Below, piece by piece: positions 9,042 to 18,290 of a DNA stretch of 64,000 nucleotides (position 1 is its first letter; the number at the start of each line of letters is the position of its first letter). Origin of the DNA: Actinomycetota bacterium. Lineage in GTDB: Bacteria; Actinomycetota; CADDZG01; JAHWKV01; JAOPZY01. The stretch covers positions 27,160-91,159 of the forward strand of contig DASTWV010000057.1 in the NCBI GenBank assembly GCA_035765775.1, given 5' to 3'. The notes beneath the pieces are model-generated. The model ran no database searches. It was not told the DNA's origin and saw only the letters and a list, made by a program, of their open reading frames with translations. Made by a program: the position numbers and the translations under genes.

Positions 9042-9290
9042 CTACGGGTGGAGGTTGTGTTCCTTTGCGATCTCCAGGAACTTCAAGATCTCGTCGGGCT
9101 TGGTGTCCTGGTTCCGCAGCGGCTGGAGGATCAGCGGGTCTTCGACCCTCTGGTGTGTGAACACGTGCCGGATGCCACGAGGGCCCTGGTAGCGGTAGCC
9201 ACAGGCCTCGATCATGCGCCGGAAATCGTTGAACGACACGTTGAGGACGTCACCGTTGCTGACCTGCTGGAAGAGCGGTTTGGGTTCCAT
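9042..9290 (-). CDS. HicA-like (YcfA family) putative toxin
   Basis: 82 aa from an internal ATG. The segment ...FRRMIEACGYRYQGPRGIRHVFTHQRVEDPLILQPLRNQDTKPDEILKFLEIAKEHNL follows the HicA pattern of an x-G-W/Y..G-S/x-H-h-F-x-H core followed by a Pro/Lys-rich C-terminus. Local GC is lower than the surroundings. Confidence 0.45.
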   Translation of the reverse strand: MEPKPLFQQVSNGDVLNVSFNDFRRMIEACGYRYQGPRGIRHVFTHQRVEDPLILQPLRNQDTKPDEILKFLEIAKEHNLHP

Positions 9291-9375
9291 GTGCTGCGAT
9301 GCTACCTGCTCTGCGCGGTTATGCAACCACCGGGGGCCGGGTGCATGACCCCGGGATGGGTAAACGTCAGGAGGG

Positions 9376-9930
9376 ATGGATGTCTTCGAGGCCATCAGGG
9401 CCCGGCGCAACGTGCGCCAGTTCGACGGCCGCCCGGTCCCGCCCACCGACCTGGACCGCATCCTGGAGGCCGGCCGCCTGGCTCCTTCGGCGGGCAATTC
9501 GCAGCCCTGGGACTTCATCCTCGTCACCGACCGGGCACTGCTCGAGGCCCTCGCCGGCGTCTGGCAGGGAGCCCGCCACGTCGCCGCGTCGGCGGCCACC
9601 ATCGCGCTGGTGGCCCCGGTGCTGGCCGATCCCGGGCGCAGCGCCATGGTGGAGTTCGACCTGGGCCAGGTGACCGCCCACCTGATGCTGGCCGCCGCCG
9701 AGCTGGGTGTCGGGTCGGCGCACGCTGCGGTCCGGGACCAGGATCTGGCCCGGCAGATCCTCGGCCTGCCGGGGGACCGCCGCCTGGCGTGGCTGATCGC
9801 CCTGGGCTACCCGGCTACCCGGGCGCTGCGGCCGCGCCGGCACCCGAACCGCCGGCCGCTGGAGGAGATCGTCCACCTGGACCGCTGGAACGAGGTCAGC
9901 CCGCCCGGACCTCCTCCAACCGGCGCCTGA
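9376..9930 (+). CDS. Nitroreductase-family flavoprotein
   Basis: RRNVRQF...[23 protein letters not shown] signature. 184 aa. Confidence 0.85.
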   Translation: MDVFEAIRARRNVRQFDGRPVPPTDLDRILEAGRLAPSAGNSQPWDFILVTDRALLEALAGVWQGARHVAASAATIALVAPVLADPGRSAMVEFDLGQVTAHLMLAAAELGVGSAHAAVRDQDLARQILGLPGDRRLAWLIALGYPATRALRPRRHPNRRPLEEIVHLDRWNEVSPPGPPPTGA

Positions 9931-11143
9931 GGAACCGGCGCACCACGGCGTTCGCCGTGAGGCCCAGCGCCCGCTCGTAGGCGGCGGCCGCCTCCGCCCG
10001 CCGGCCCATGCGCCGGAAGAGGTCGGCCCGGGCGGCGTGGAACAGGTGGTAGCCGCCCAGCTCGTCGGCCAGCGGCGCCATGCGGGCCAGCCCGGCCGGG
10101 ATGTCGCCCGCCATCGCCACCGCCACCGCCCGGTTCAACTCGATCACCGGCGAGGGCACCTGGGCGGCCAGGAGGCCGTAGAGCCGGGCGATGGAGGCCC
10201 AGTCGGTGTCGGCCGCCGCCCGGGCCCGGCAGTGGGATGCCGCGATCGCCGCCTGGAGCTGGTAGGGCCCGGGCGCCGCCCGGGCGCCGAGATGGGCCAG
10301 CAGCCCCTCACCCTCGGCGATCTCGGCCCCGTCCCAGGCGCTGCGGTCCTGGTCCTCCAGGAGGACCAGCTCACCGCGGGCGGAGACCCGGGTGGCCCGC
10401 CGGGCATCGTGGAGCAGCATCAGGGCCAGGAGGGACACCACCTCGGGCTCGGTCGGCATCAGGGCCACCAGGACCCGGCCCAGCCGGATCGCCTCGGCAG
10501 CCAGCTCCCGGCGGATCAGTGCGTCGCCGCTGGTGGCCTCGTAGCCCTCGTTGTAGATCAGGTAGACGACGGCCAGCACCGAGCGCAGCCGCTCCGCCAG
10601 CAGGTGGTCCGGGGGCACCCGGTACGGGATGCCCGCCACCTTGATCTTGCGCTTGGCCCGCACCAGGCGCTGGGCCATGGTGGCCTCCGGAACCAGGAAG
10701 GCCCGGGCGATCTCCGGCGTCGTCAGCCCGCCCAGGCTCCACAGCGTGAGGGCCACGCGGGCCTCGGGGGCCAGCGCCGGGTGGCAGCAGGTGAAGATCA
10801 GGCGCAGGCGGTCGTCGTCGATGGCTCCCTCCGGCTCGTGCCCGGCCGCCTCCAGCGCGGCGAGCTGGCCCAGGGCGTCCCGCTTCTCGGTGAGGCGCCG
10901 GTCGCGCCGGAGCCGGTCGATGGCGCGGTGGCGGGCGGTGGTGGTGATCCAGGCGGCAGGGTTGTCGGGCAGCCCGTCCTGCGGCCACCGCTCCAGGGCC
11001 ACCACGAAGGCCTCCTGGACCGCCTCCTCGGCGACATCGAAGTCGCCGGTCAGCCGGATGAGCGTCGCGACCGCCCGCCCGCGCTCGGCACGGAACAGGC
11101 GGTCGACGACGCTGCCCGAAGAGCCCTCTGTGCTGATGGCTAG
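9896..11143 (-). CDS. ECF-type RNA polymerase sigma factor with C-terminal TPR-like extension (COG4941/ECF56-like)
   Basis: Region 2 (AFVVALERW...[16 protein letters not shown]) and region 4 ([31 protein letters not shown]) are present, followed by a ~200-aa helical extension. The start is uncertain: the track ATG at 11212 would overlap the YciI gene by 72 nt. The 3' end overlaps the nitroreductase 3' end by 35 nt (convergent). Confidence 0.8.
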   Translation of the reverse strand, partial: LAISTEGSSGSVVDRLFRAERGRAVATLIRLTGDFDVAEEAVQEAFVVALERWPQDGLPDNPAAWITTTARHRAIDRLRRDRRLTEKRDALGQLAALEAAGHEPEGAIDDDRLRLIFTCCHPALAPEARVALTLWSLGGLTTPEIARAFLVPEATMAQRLVRAKRKIKVAGIPYRVPPDHLLAERLRSVLAVVYLIYNEGYEATSGDALIRRELAAEAIRLGRVLVALMPTEPEVVSLLALMLLHDARRATRVSARGELVLLEDQDRSAWDGAEIAEGEGLLAHLGARAAPGPYQLQAAIAASHCRARAAADTDWASIARLYGLLAAQVPSPVIELNRAVAVAMAGDIPAGLARMAPLADELGGYHLFHAARADLFRRMGRRAEAAAAYERALGLTANAVVRRFLRRRLEEVRAG

Positions 11144-11496
11144 CCTTCGTAGTCGATGACCGGGCGCACCTCGATCGACCCGGCCGCCGCGCCCGGGATC
11201 CTGGCGGCCCACTCGATGGCCTCGTCGAGGTCCTTGCAGGTGAAGACGTAGAAACCACCGAGGGCCTCCTTGGTCTCCGCGAACGGGCCGTCGGTGGTGA
11301 GCACCTGGCCGTCGCGCACCCGGACGGTGGTGGCCGTCGAGGAAGGCTGCAGGCCGTCGCCCGACTGGAAGATGCCGGCCGCCTGGGTCTCCTCGGTGTA
11401 GACCTGGTAGGCCTTGGCCATCTGCATGCCGTCCTCCGGCGTGGCGTCGGCGAAGCGCGACTCGTCGAGGTAGATCAGTGCCATGTACCTGGGCAT
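11140..11496 (-). CDS. YciI-like (DGPF domain) protein
   Basis: 118 aa, with motifs YMALIY...DGPFAETKE...GGFYVF. It is the canonical partner gene found upstream of COG4941/ECF41-56 sigma factors. Confidence 0.8.
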   Translation of the reverse strand: MPRYMALIYLDESRFADATPEDGMQMAKAYQVYTEETQAAGIFQSGDGLQPSSTATTVRVRDGQVLTTDGPFAETKEALGGFYVFTCKDLDEAIEWAARIPGAAAGSIEVRPVIDYEG

Positions 11497-11629
11497 TGCG
11501 GTCTCCTTCCGGTCACCGGCACCCCTGCGGCGCCGTTTGACTGTACCGACGAACGGGGGGATGGCGAAATCGACAGCCGTCCAAAAAATTGTTGCTGCCG
11601 TTCTCCATGGATGGTCTATGCGGGGTGGT

Positions 11630-12115
11630 CTATGCGGCGCTCTCGGTGGTGGGGCCGGGCGGCGGAGCAGCCCGCGCTCCGTGGAAGTACGCCGACGCCT
11701 CCGGGCGGTAGAGCAACAGGATCGTCGCGGCGCCCACCCCCAGCACCACGAAGCTGGTCAGCTTGGTCCATGCCGGGTCGGCGTTGACCAGCGATGCCAG
11801 CCAGTCGGCGGCGAAGACGGCGAACAGCCCGGTGGCGGTCCGGCGCGCCCACCGGTAGCCGAGGCCGTTGGCGTGCGCCATCCACAGCCACAATGCGACG
11901 CCCAGGATGCCGGCCACCACGATCGCCACGATGGCGGCGGCGAAGGCGGCGTTGAGCTGGTGGTCGGTGAGGTGGTGCGCGCCGTGCTGGCGGATCGAGG
12001 TGCGGAGCTGGCCCATGAAGGCCAGGCCGAGGAGGAAGTTCAGCCCGCTCGCCACGGCCCCGGCGTGCATGAGCTTGACCGCCTGGGCGACGCTCGGCGG
12101 TGGGTCGGCACGCAT
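11630..12115 (-). CDS. Small integral membrane protein (4 predicted TM)
   Basis: The in-frame ATG lies 11 nt after the MidA stop. Hydrophobic segments include AFAAAIVAIVVAGILGVALWLW and FVVLGVGAATILLL. The upstream part of track ORF 11630..12940 is non-protein-like. Confidence 0.5.
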   Translation of the reverse strand: MRADPPPSVAQAVKLMHAGAVASGLNFLLGLAFMGQLRTSIRQHGAHHLTDHQLNAAFAAAIVAIVVAGILGVALWLWMAHANGLGYRWARRTATGLFAVFAADWLASLVNADPAWTKLTSFVVLGVGAATILLLYRPEASAYFHGARAAPPPGPTTESAA

Positions 12116-12128
12116 GGTGGCCAGAATG

Positions 12129-13295
12129 TCACGCCTCCCCCCCACTCCGGGGCATGGCAATGTCGCCTTTCGTCGCCCGGAACACCAGGATGTCGCCCAA
12201 GCCTCCCTCGGCGGCGAGAGCGGCGGCGGCCTCCGCCTCGCCCTCGAGCACCTCGGCCTGGCCGTGCCAGCCGCAGGCGGCGGCCCGCCACACCTGCTCG
12301 GCGAGGGCATCCACCACCTCCCCCAGCCCGATCGACAGCAGGAACAGGCGCTGTGTCGTGAGGGCCGGGTGGTGGAAGCCGGCGTGACGGGCGGCCCGGA
12401 TGACCGCCGAGAAGTTGACGTCGGCGGTGATGTCCTGATGGCCGGGGGCCTCGAGCGGGGCCTGGCCCCTCCCGGCCGGGCCGTAGGTCGCCAGCGTGCC
12501 GGTTGGCCCCCGATGCCAGATGTCGGGCTCGACATCACCGTAGTCGAGGACCAGGACCATCCCCTGCTGCAGGGCGCCGGAGGCCTCCTGCCACCAGGAC
12601 TCGAACGCTGGGCAGACCTCCATGCGGTCGCCCTCGTGGAGGTGCGGGGCCGCGGCCACCGCCGGCGCCGCCAGGTCGGCGCACGACAGGGGGCCGAGGC
12701 ACTCGTAGAGCCCGCGGCCGTCCGCATCGACGTACACCTCCCCCACCTCGCCCCGGGCCTTCTCCAGCACGTGGACCGGGAAGTTGTCCAGGACCTCGTT
12801 GGCCAGCAGGCAGCCGGTGACCGGGGAGCCGTCACCCAGGGCCGGGGTCCAGGCGGACCGCTCCGCCAAGGCCCCCAGGCGGGCGTGTTGCAGGTCCCGG
12901 ACCGGGGCGAAGCGCTCCACGAATCGCCAACGCAGGGCATCGGCTACCGGCCAGGCGAACGCCTCCTGGAGGGCCTCGGCCGCCAGATCGCCCTGGCCCG
13001 CCCCCACCTCGAGGACGGTGAACGGGTCCGGGCAGCCCAGTGCCTCCCAGATGCCAGCGAGTTCCCGGGCCAGGAGCCGGCCGAACCAGGGCGACACCGA
13101 CGAGGAGGTGGCGTAGTGGCCCCCGTGGCCGGGCTGGTGGGCGGCGTAGTAGCCGTGCTCGGGATCGTAGAGGGCGGCGTGCATGAACGCGGCGAAGGTC
13201 AGGGGTCCGCCCCGGCGGATCCTCGCCGTCAGCTCGTGCACGAGCCCGACCGTCACATGCCGGTTCCTCGAGCGTCTCCGCGCCCCGGACCGCAT
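12129..13295 (-). CDS. MidA/NDUFAF7-like class I SAM-dependent methyltransferase (DUF185)
   Basis: PLTFAAFMHAALYDPEHGYY, FGRLLARELAGIWEALGCPDPFTVLEVGAGQGDLA and VLANEVLDNFPVHVL are typical of COG1565. The upstream half of the 628-aa track ORF is a Pro/Arg/Gly-rich artefact. Start is the ATG at 13295 or the GTG 13 codons later. Confidence 0.8.
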   Translation of the reverse strand: MRSGARRRSRNRHVTVGLVHELTARIRRGGPLTFAAFMHAALYDPEHGYYAAHQPGHGGHYATSSSVSPWFGRLLARELAGIWEALGCPDPFTVLEVGAGQGDLAAEALQEAFAWPVADALRWRFVERFAPVRDLQHARLGALAERSAWTPALGDGSPVTGCLLANEVLDNFPVHVLEKARGEVGEVYVDADGRGLYECLGPLSCADLAAPAVAAAPHLHEGDRMEVCPAFESWWQEASGALQQGMVLVLDYGDVEPDIWHRGPTGTLATYGPAGRGQAPLEAPGHQDITADVNFSAVIRAARHAGFHHPALTTQRLFLLSIGLGEVVDALAEQVWRAAACGWHGQAEVLEGEAEAAAALAAEGGLGDILVFRATKGDIAMPRSGGEA

Positions 13296-13387
13296 GGGCG
13301 CGTTGCGGCGCCACTTCGCTAGTGCCCCTACTGCCTGCTGGTGCGTCGAGATATACCCCGGCCGGGCGGCCGGAGGCAAGCCGGCGA

Positions 13388-13978
13388 CTAGTGGGTGTAG
13401 GCCGGGGTCCCCCGGTGGGCGCTGCTGGCGCCGGTGCCGTTGGTGGACTTGCGGTCCGCCAGGGCTGCGGTCAGGCCGCTGACGTGGCTGCTGACCGGCT
13501 GGGCGCTGTACTGGGGTCGCTTGGCCACCGGTGACGTGTACAGCGACAGGTCGGGCAGGCGGATCCCCGGGTTTGCCACCCTGGCCGCACCGTTGTCCAC
13601 GGCGGCGTGGCGGGCATCCCAGCGGAAGGGGCGGTGGACCGGGGCGTTGGGCGTCTCCGCCTGGCGGGCCAGCTTGGCACGGCGGGCGAGGACCTCCTCG
13701 GGGGTCGGGCCGTAGAAGATGCGGCCATTGGCGATCCCGGTTTCGCGGGTCTCCACGGCGACGTGGTGCGGGATGATGCTGTTGCCCCGCCAGAGCATGC
13801 AGGTCGGGAAGAATCGGCCGTTTTTTTTGCCATACCCGGAGAACGGCCGGTACTCCAGTTCCTCCTGCGGCTCTCCGTTGTGCTGCCAGTACCCGGTCAC
13901 TGCTGCGTGATGAATGGTCTCCAACGCCGGCCCCCTTTGACGGACCCTCAAGATACGCCCGGCGGGCCCGGCCTTCAA
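13388..13978 (-). CDS. Hypothetical protein
   Basis: 196-aa ORF with strong GC3 bias and balanced composition (e.g. ETGIANGRIFYGPTPEEVLARRAKLARQ). No family recognised by eye. Confidence 0.4.
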   Translation of the reverse strand: MKAGPAGRILRVRQRGPALETIHHAAVTGYWQHNGEPQEELEYRPFSGYGKKNGRFFPTCMLWRGNSIIPHHVAVETRETGIANGRIFYGPTPEEVLARRAKLARQAETPNAPVHRPFRWDARHAAVDNGAARVANPGIRLPDLSLYTSPVAKRPQYSAQPVSSHVSGLTAALADRKSTNGTGASSAHRGTPAYTH

Positions 13979-14937
13979 TGCCTCGGTGGCGGTGCGGCCC
14001 CACCCCCGGGTGCACTGTGGCGAAGCGCTGTGGTGCGTCGGGCAGCGTCGTGATGCGGTAGTATTGCCCGGTTCGGGGCCGCTGGGCTCGTATAAAAAAC
14101 GTTCAGACGAGTCGCATAGGGCTCACCTACGCCGCTCCGGCGGCGGCCAGGGCGCCTGAGTGGCCCTCAAGAGGCATTGAGCGGCGGCCGCGGCTCCGCC
14201 GTGAAGCTCCGCGTGGTCCTGAGCCGCCCGTTGGTCAACTGCTGGCAGGAGGCCTGGCCGTCGATCCAGAGGTCGGCATCGCTGCGGCCGTGGCAGGCGA
14301 GGGCGATGAGCACATGGTCGGCCCCGGCGCACGCCCAGGCGTCGCTGCCCGGCCGGGCGGTGCGGGCGCGGTCAGCCGCGGCGGCCACCCCGCCGGCCTG
14401 GGCGGCGGTGAGATCGAGATGCCGTCCAGATCCCCACCGAGGCCCCCGGAGCCGTAGGAGCACACCAACCCGGCGGTCGGGTCCTGCACGGCCATCTCGA
14501 ACCAGAAGCCCAGGCCGGGGTTGCTGACGCCCCGCTGGACCAGAACGATTGGCGGACGAAGAGCCCCGCCACCACCCGGATGACCAGGAGGAGGGCGAGG
14601 GCGGTGGGGCGCACCCGATGACGCGTGGCCAAGCGGCGGAGCAAGAACCATGTATGCGCCCTGCCGTGGACCATGCAGGTAATGTCGGACCTTAGCAACG
14701 GGCGCTAAATAGCGCCACCGTGTCAAGTTCGGAGGATAGATTCGAGCCGGACCGGCTTGCTAGACCCCCCCAGCCCTCTTTGTGCATGGCTGAGCAGGAT
14801 AATCCTGCTCAGGGCGGCACAAATGGAGGGCGATCTGCAGGTTCGGGCTCATGCGGTCAGCAGTGTGTTGGGTCCCGGCCGGCGGAGTACACTTTCCCGA
14901 CACTCCGCGCGAGATCAGGCGTCAGCTTGGTGGCCCT

Positions 14938-15390
14938 ATGCCTAGGCTGTTCGGCAGGCGATCAACCTCGGCCGTGGCCCTTGTGGTTGGCAGTCGGAGA
15001 AACTATGTGCACGTGGTATCCCTTATCGTGCTCCTCGCGTCTCTGGCTGGGACTTCCTGTGCTCACCGGACTCATGCAGCTTCTCGGGCAACGATAACTG
15101 GACACATTTGGTTCGCCGGCCCGCGCGTGTTCTTCGTTGTTCCAGGAACCGTATGGGCTTATGAACGGAACGTCCAGGGTGAGGTCGTAGCCTCCTCTGA
15201 GACTGACACTCACGGCACTTTTAGCCTTTCGGTGCCGGCACCAGGGGTTTACGTCATCGGGGGGGACTCGCCAAAATTCAATGGGGGGAGTCCATCCCCC
15301 GCCCGTCCCGTGGCAGCGTGCGTGAGCTCACCGGTGCGCGTTTCTCCTCGGACAAGCGCCACTGTACGAGTGCTTTGTCAAGCTCAATAG
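14938..15390 (+). CDS. Small secreted protein with carboxypeptidase-regulatory-like (transthyretin-fold) domain
   Basis: Internal ATG MPRLFGRR, then the signal-like segment VVSLIVLLASLAGTSCA. The following ITGHIWFAGPRVFFVVPGTVWAYERNVQGEVVASSETDTHGTFSLSVPAPGVYVIGG resembles a CarboxypepD_reg/Cna-B-type beta-sandwich. The gene sits in a stretch of distinctly lower GC (~58%) next to tRNA genes. Confidence 0.5.
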   Translation: MPRLFGRRSTSAVALVVGSRRNYVHVVSLIVLLASLAGTSCAHRTHAASRATITGHIWFAGPRVFFVVPGTVWAYERNVQGEVVASSETDTHGTFSLSVPAPGVYVIGGDSPKFNGGSPSPARPVAACVSSPVRVSPRTSATVRVLCQAQ

Positions 15391-15558
15391 GCCGACCTGG
15401 GGCGCCCTGCGGGAATTGTCATTTGCGGGACTCGTAACTCTACCGCCCGATACCCTCGGGCGGATCTGGCCTCAATGTGGCCTGACGTTTCCGAGCAGGC
15501 CGTGGAGTCAGGGCCGCCGATCTGACGAAACTGGTCTGTGACCAGCGGAAATGCTCCG

Positions 15559-15632
15559 TACCCCCGACGGGTTTCGAACCCGTGATCTCCGCCTTGAGAG
15601 GGCGGTGTCCTAGGCCGCTAGACGACGGGGGC
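15559..15632 (-). tRNA. tRNA-Glu (anticodon CTC)
   Basis: The reverse complement GCCCCCGTCGTCTAGCGGCCTAGGACACCGCCCTCTCAAGGCGGAGATCACGGGTTCGAAACCCGTCGGGGGTA folds as a cloverleaf with a GTTCGAA T-loop. The anticodon loop is CTCTCAA. Close to E. coli tRNA-Glu. Coordinates are ±1. Confidence 0.85.
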
Positions 15633-15654
15633 CTGTGCCACTTCTGACGATCGG

Positions 15655-15727
15655 CTGCCGGGCAAGGACTCGAACCTTGAGCCTTCTGGGCCAGAACCAG
15701 ACGATCTGCCAATTGATCTACCCGGCA
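15655..15727 (-). tRNA. tRNA-Gln (anticodon CTG)
   Basis: The reverse complement TGCCGGGTAGATCAATTGGCAGATCGTCTGGTTCTGGCCCAGAAGGCTCAAGGTTCGAGTCCTTGCCCGGCA has a U1-A72 pair typical of bacterial tRNA-Gln, anticodon stem TCTGG/CCAGA, anticodon loop TTCTGGC and T-loop GGTTCGAGTCC. Coordinates are ±1. Confidence 0.85.
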
Positions 15728-15857
15728 ATCGCAAGCCAGTCTACCAAGCGCGGAGGCGCTCACGGCACAGCGGTACCGCCCGCCCGATCAGGGGCCAAGG
15801 TTCTCGAACTGTCGAGAACTGGATCGGCAGCGCCGTCAGGCTGCCGGATTTGGCCGT

Positions 15858-18290
15858 CTAGCGGGCTGCCCAGGCCCGGCTCCGGGGTCGAACCGGCGCC
15901 GGCTCCCCGGCCGGTTCCTCGACCTCGGCGCTCTGAGCGCTCGGCATCCCTGCCCACCAGAAGCCGTTGCCCGACGAGCCGTTGGAGGGAGGCCGGGGCG
16001 GGCGGGCTTCGGCGTCCCCGGTCGTTGCCTGCCGGGGAGAGGACTCCATCGCGTCCGCCACTGGGTGGTGAGATGCGGGCACGGGCGCTGGAGGCTCGGT
16101 CGCAGCCAGGATGTCCTCGACGTACACGATGCCCGGGATCTCCTCGGGCACCTCCGCCGCTGCCGGCCGGCGGTCGGTCGACCTGGGACGGGCGGCCGGA
16201 GCAACCGGGTCGGCCGCCCGAGCCGCGGGTCGTCCCGCGGCCGTCCGGGCCGAGGCGGCCGGTCGGGCGGCCGGGCGGTCGATCACCGGAGCACGCCGGG
16301 CCGCCGGCTCGAAGAGTTCGACGGGCAGCTGGCTCGGGAACTCGGGCGCCGCTGGTGGCACGGCGACTGGGCCGGCGGCCGCCCCCACCAGCACCGGCAC
16401 GGGAGTCGCCACCGGAGCCGGCGCCCGCACAGGCGCACGTTCCGGCCGGACAGGCTCCACGACCGGCCGGAACGGCTCCACAGCCGGCCGCACAGCCTCC
16501 GCAGCCTCCCCGGGCTCCAGGGCCGGGGTCGGCACCAGCACAGGGGCGGGGGCCAGCACTGGCCCGGCGAGCCGCTCCGCCGCCGCCCGCTTCTCGATCT
16601 CCTTCGACTTGCGGTGCGACCACCGGATGATCGGCCGCTCCATGCAGTAGTACGACACCGACCCCACGATCAGCGCCCCGCCGCAGGCGAAGGCGAACAT
16701 CTTGAGGAAGTCGCCCGAGGTGGCGTTAGGCGTCCAGTGCAACGTTTTCAGGGCATACCCCACGAACAGCAGGTGCGTGAGGTACAGCCCATAGCTCACG
16801 TCGCCCAGCTTCTTGCTGATCCAGTTTGTGAACGGGAACTGCGCCCATGTCGGCGCCAGAGCGGTCGCCAGGACCAGCACCGTGAAGCACACCGCCACCG
16901 GCGTGGTGCCGATCCAGTGGTCGAAGGGCCCGGACTTGAAGGCCACGTCCCGGGCTCCCGCCTGGTTCATCCACCACAGCACGCCCGACAACGATGCCGC
17001 CTCCACCGGCACCCAGGCCAGGGAGGGGATCTTGAACTTCAGGTTGCCGTTGCGGATCTGGACGAAGACGAAGGCCGCGGTCATGCCGAGCGCGAAGTGG
17101 GCGGTGTAGGTGGGGAACTGTGTGACCAGGATCTCCTTGACGAACTGGGGCGACTTCAGCCCGGCCCAGTGCGGCAGGGGGAACCAGCCGTGGGTCCCGA
17201 TGGTGCGCCAGGTGGCGGCGATCACCTCGGCGATGCCCAGGCCGACGAAGGGGTGCTTGCGGTACCACCCGGCGATCACCGGCAGCAGGGCGTAGAACAC
17301 CACTTCGATGGCCAGCGTCCACACCGCACCGTTGACGAAGAAGCCCTCGGGATAACCGAGCGCCAGCCCCAGGCTGTGCTGAGCGAAGGTCAGGTGGAGC
17401 AGCAGGGTCATCGAGCCCACCCGGGTGAAGGGCGTGACGTGCACCGGAACGGTGACCACCCAGGGCAGCAGGAGCAGGGTGGCGATCACCGCCAGGTAGT
17501 AGGCGGGCACGATCCGGGCACTCCGGCGCAGGGCGTAGGCCTTCTTGCTCCCGAAGTTGCCCTCCGCCACCATGGGCAGGAACAGCAGGAAGCCGCTCAA
17601 GATGAAGAAATAGTCGACGCTGACGTACGAGGCGACGATCAGGTGGAGCAGGAACTTGTTCGACAGGTGGGGCCGGGCAGCGGCATACAGGCAGTGGCAG
17701 GCCACGACGCCGATCGCCGCCAGCCCGCGGAAGCCGTCGGCCGACGGGACCCGCAGCCGGCCCTGGGCCCGTTTGCGGCGCCCCAGCCGGCGAGGCGCCT
17801 GACCTGCCGGTACCGATCCGCTGCCCTGGGGCGCGGTCTCCGCCGGCGGTGCATGGCCGTTCTGGGGCGGCGGGCGGAACCCGCTCCCGACCGGTGGGCG
17901 GATCTGGGCGGGCACGAAGGCGGAAATCCGGGCGCGCCCGGGCGCCGCCACCCTTTTCGCATGGCCATTGCCGTTGCCAGTGCCATTGCCGGTGCCATTC
18001 CCATTGGCCGCCCCATGGGCGTGACCGTTCGATCCCGCCGGGGCATGCCCGTTGGAGGAGACCGGGGCATGCCCGTTGGGCGCCGTCGAGCCGTGCCCGT
18101 TCCTTCCGGGCAACGCCCCGGGCAACACCCCGGGTACCCCGCCCAGCGGGCTGTACCCGTTCCGCCCCGTGGGGCTGCCGGGCTTCGGCCGGAAGGGGAT
18201 GTCGGGGTTCTCGGCCAGCAGGCGCGGACCCTTGGACGGCGAGCGCCGGGCGGTCTTCTTGGGCGCCGGGGCCGGCGGGCGGAGGCTCAC
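15858..18290 (-). CDS. Acyltransferase-3 family membrane O-acyltransferase with low-complexity N- and C-terminal extensions
   Basis: The AT3 core has FRGLAAIGVVACHCLYAA and VSVDYFFILSGFLLF with ~10 TM helices. The N-terminal ~200 aa is Asn/Gly/His/Pro-rich (NGHAPVSSNGHAPAGSNGHAHGAANGNGTGNGTGNGNGHA) and the C-terminal ~270 aa is Pro/Ala-rich. The likely start is a GTG overlapping the FkbM stop (GTGA) at ~18290. The track ATG at 18407 would overlap FkbM by 120 nt. Confidence 0.8.
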   Translation of the reverse strand: MSLRPPAPAPKKTARRSPSKGPRLLAENPDIPFRPKPGSPTGRNGYSPLGGVPGVLPGALPGRNGHGSTAPNGHAPVSSNGHAPAGSNGHAHGAANGNGTGNGTGNGNGHAKRVAAPGRARISAFVPAQIRPPVGSGFRPPPQNGHAPPAETAPQGSGSVPAGQAPRRLGRRKRAQGRLRVPSADGFRGLAAIGVVACHCLYAAARPHLSNKFLLHLIVASYVSVDYFFILSGFLLFLPMVAEGNFGSKKAYALRRSARIVPAYYLAVIATLLLLPWVVTVPVHVTPFTRVGSMTLLLHLTFAQHSLGLALGYPEGFFVNGAVWTLAIEVVFYALLPVIAGWYRKHPFVGLGIAEVIAATWRTIGTHGWFPLPHWAGLKSPQFVKEILVTQFPTYTAHFALGMTAAFVFVQIRNGNLKFKIPSLAWVPVEAASLSGVLWWMNQAGARDVAFKSGPFDHWIGTTPVAVCFTVLVLATALAPTWAQFPFTNWISKKLGDVSYGLYLTHLLFVGYALKTLHWTPNATSGDFLKMFAFACGGALIVGSVSYYCMERPIIRWSHRKSKEIEKRAAAERLAGPVLAPAPVLVPTPALEPGEAAEAVRPAVEPFRPVVEPVRPERAPVRAPAPVATPVPVLVGAAAGPVAVPPAAPEFPSQLPVELFEPAARRAPVIDRPAARPAASARTAAGRPAARAADPVAPAARPRSTDRRPAAAEVPEEIPGIVYVEDILAATEPPAPVPASHHPVADAMESSPRQATTGDAEARPPRPPSNGSSGNGFWWAGMPSAQSAEVEEPAGEPAPVRPRSRAWAAR

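Noticed and set aside
9048-9980. 310-aa plus-strand ORF opposite the HicA-like gene, as a possible antitoxin
   Set aside because: The translation is Gly/Arg/Pro-rich without structure and overlaps the well-supported nitroreductase gene off-frame. It is not a credible HicB.
12129-14015. Single 628-aa ORF suggesting a large protein
   Set aside because: Only the C-terminal 388 aa has MidA/DUF185 methyltransferase motifs. The N-terminal 240 aa is Pro/Arg/Gly/Gln low-complexity with no start context. It is treated as an upstream run-on.
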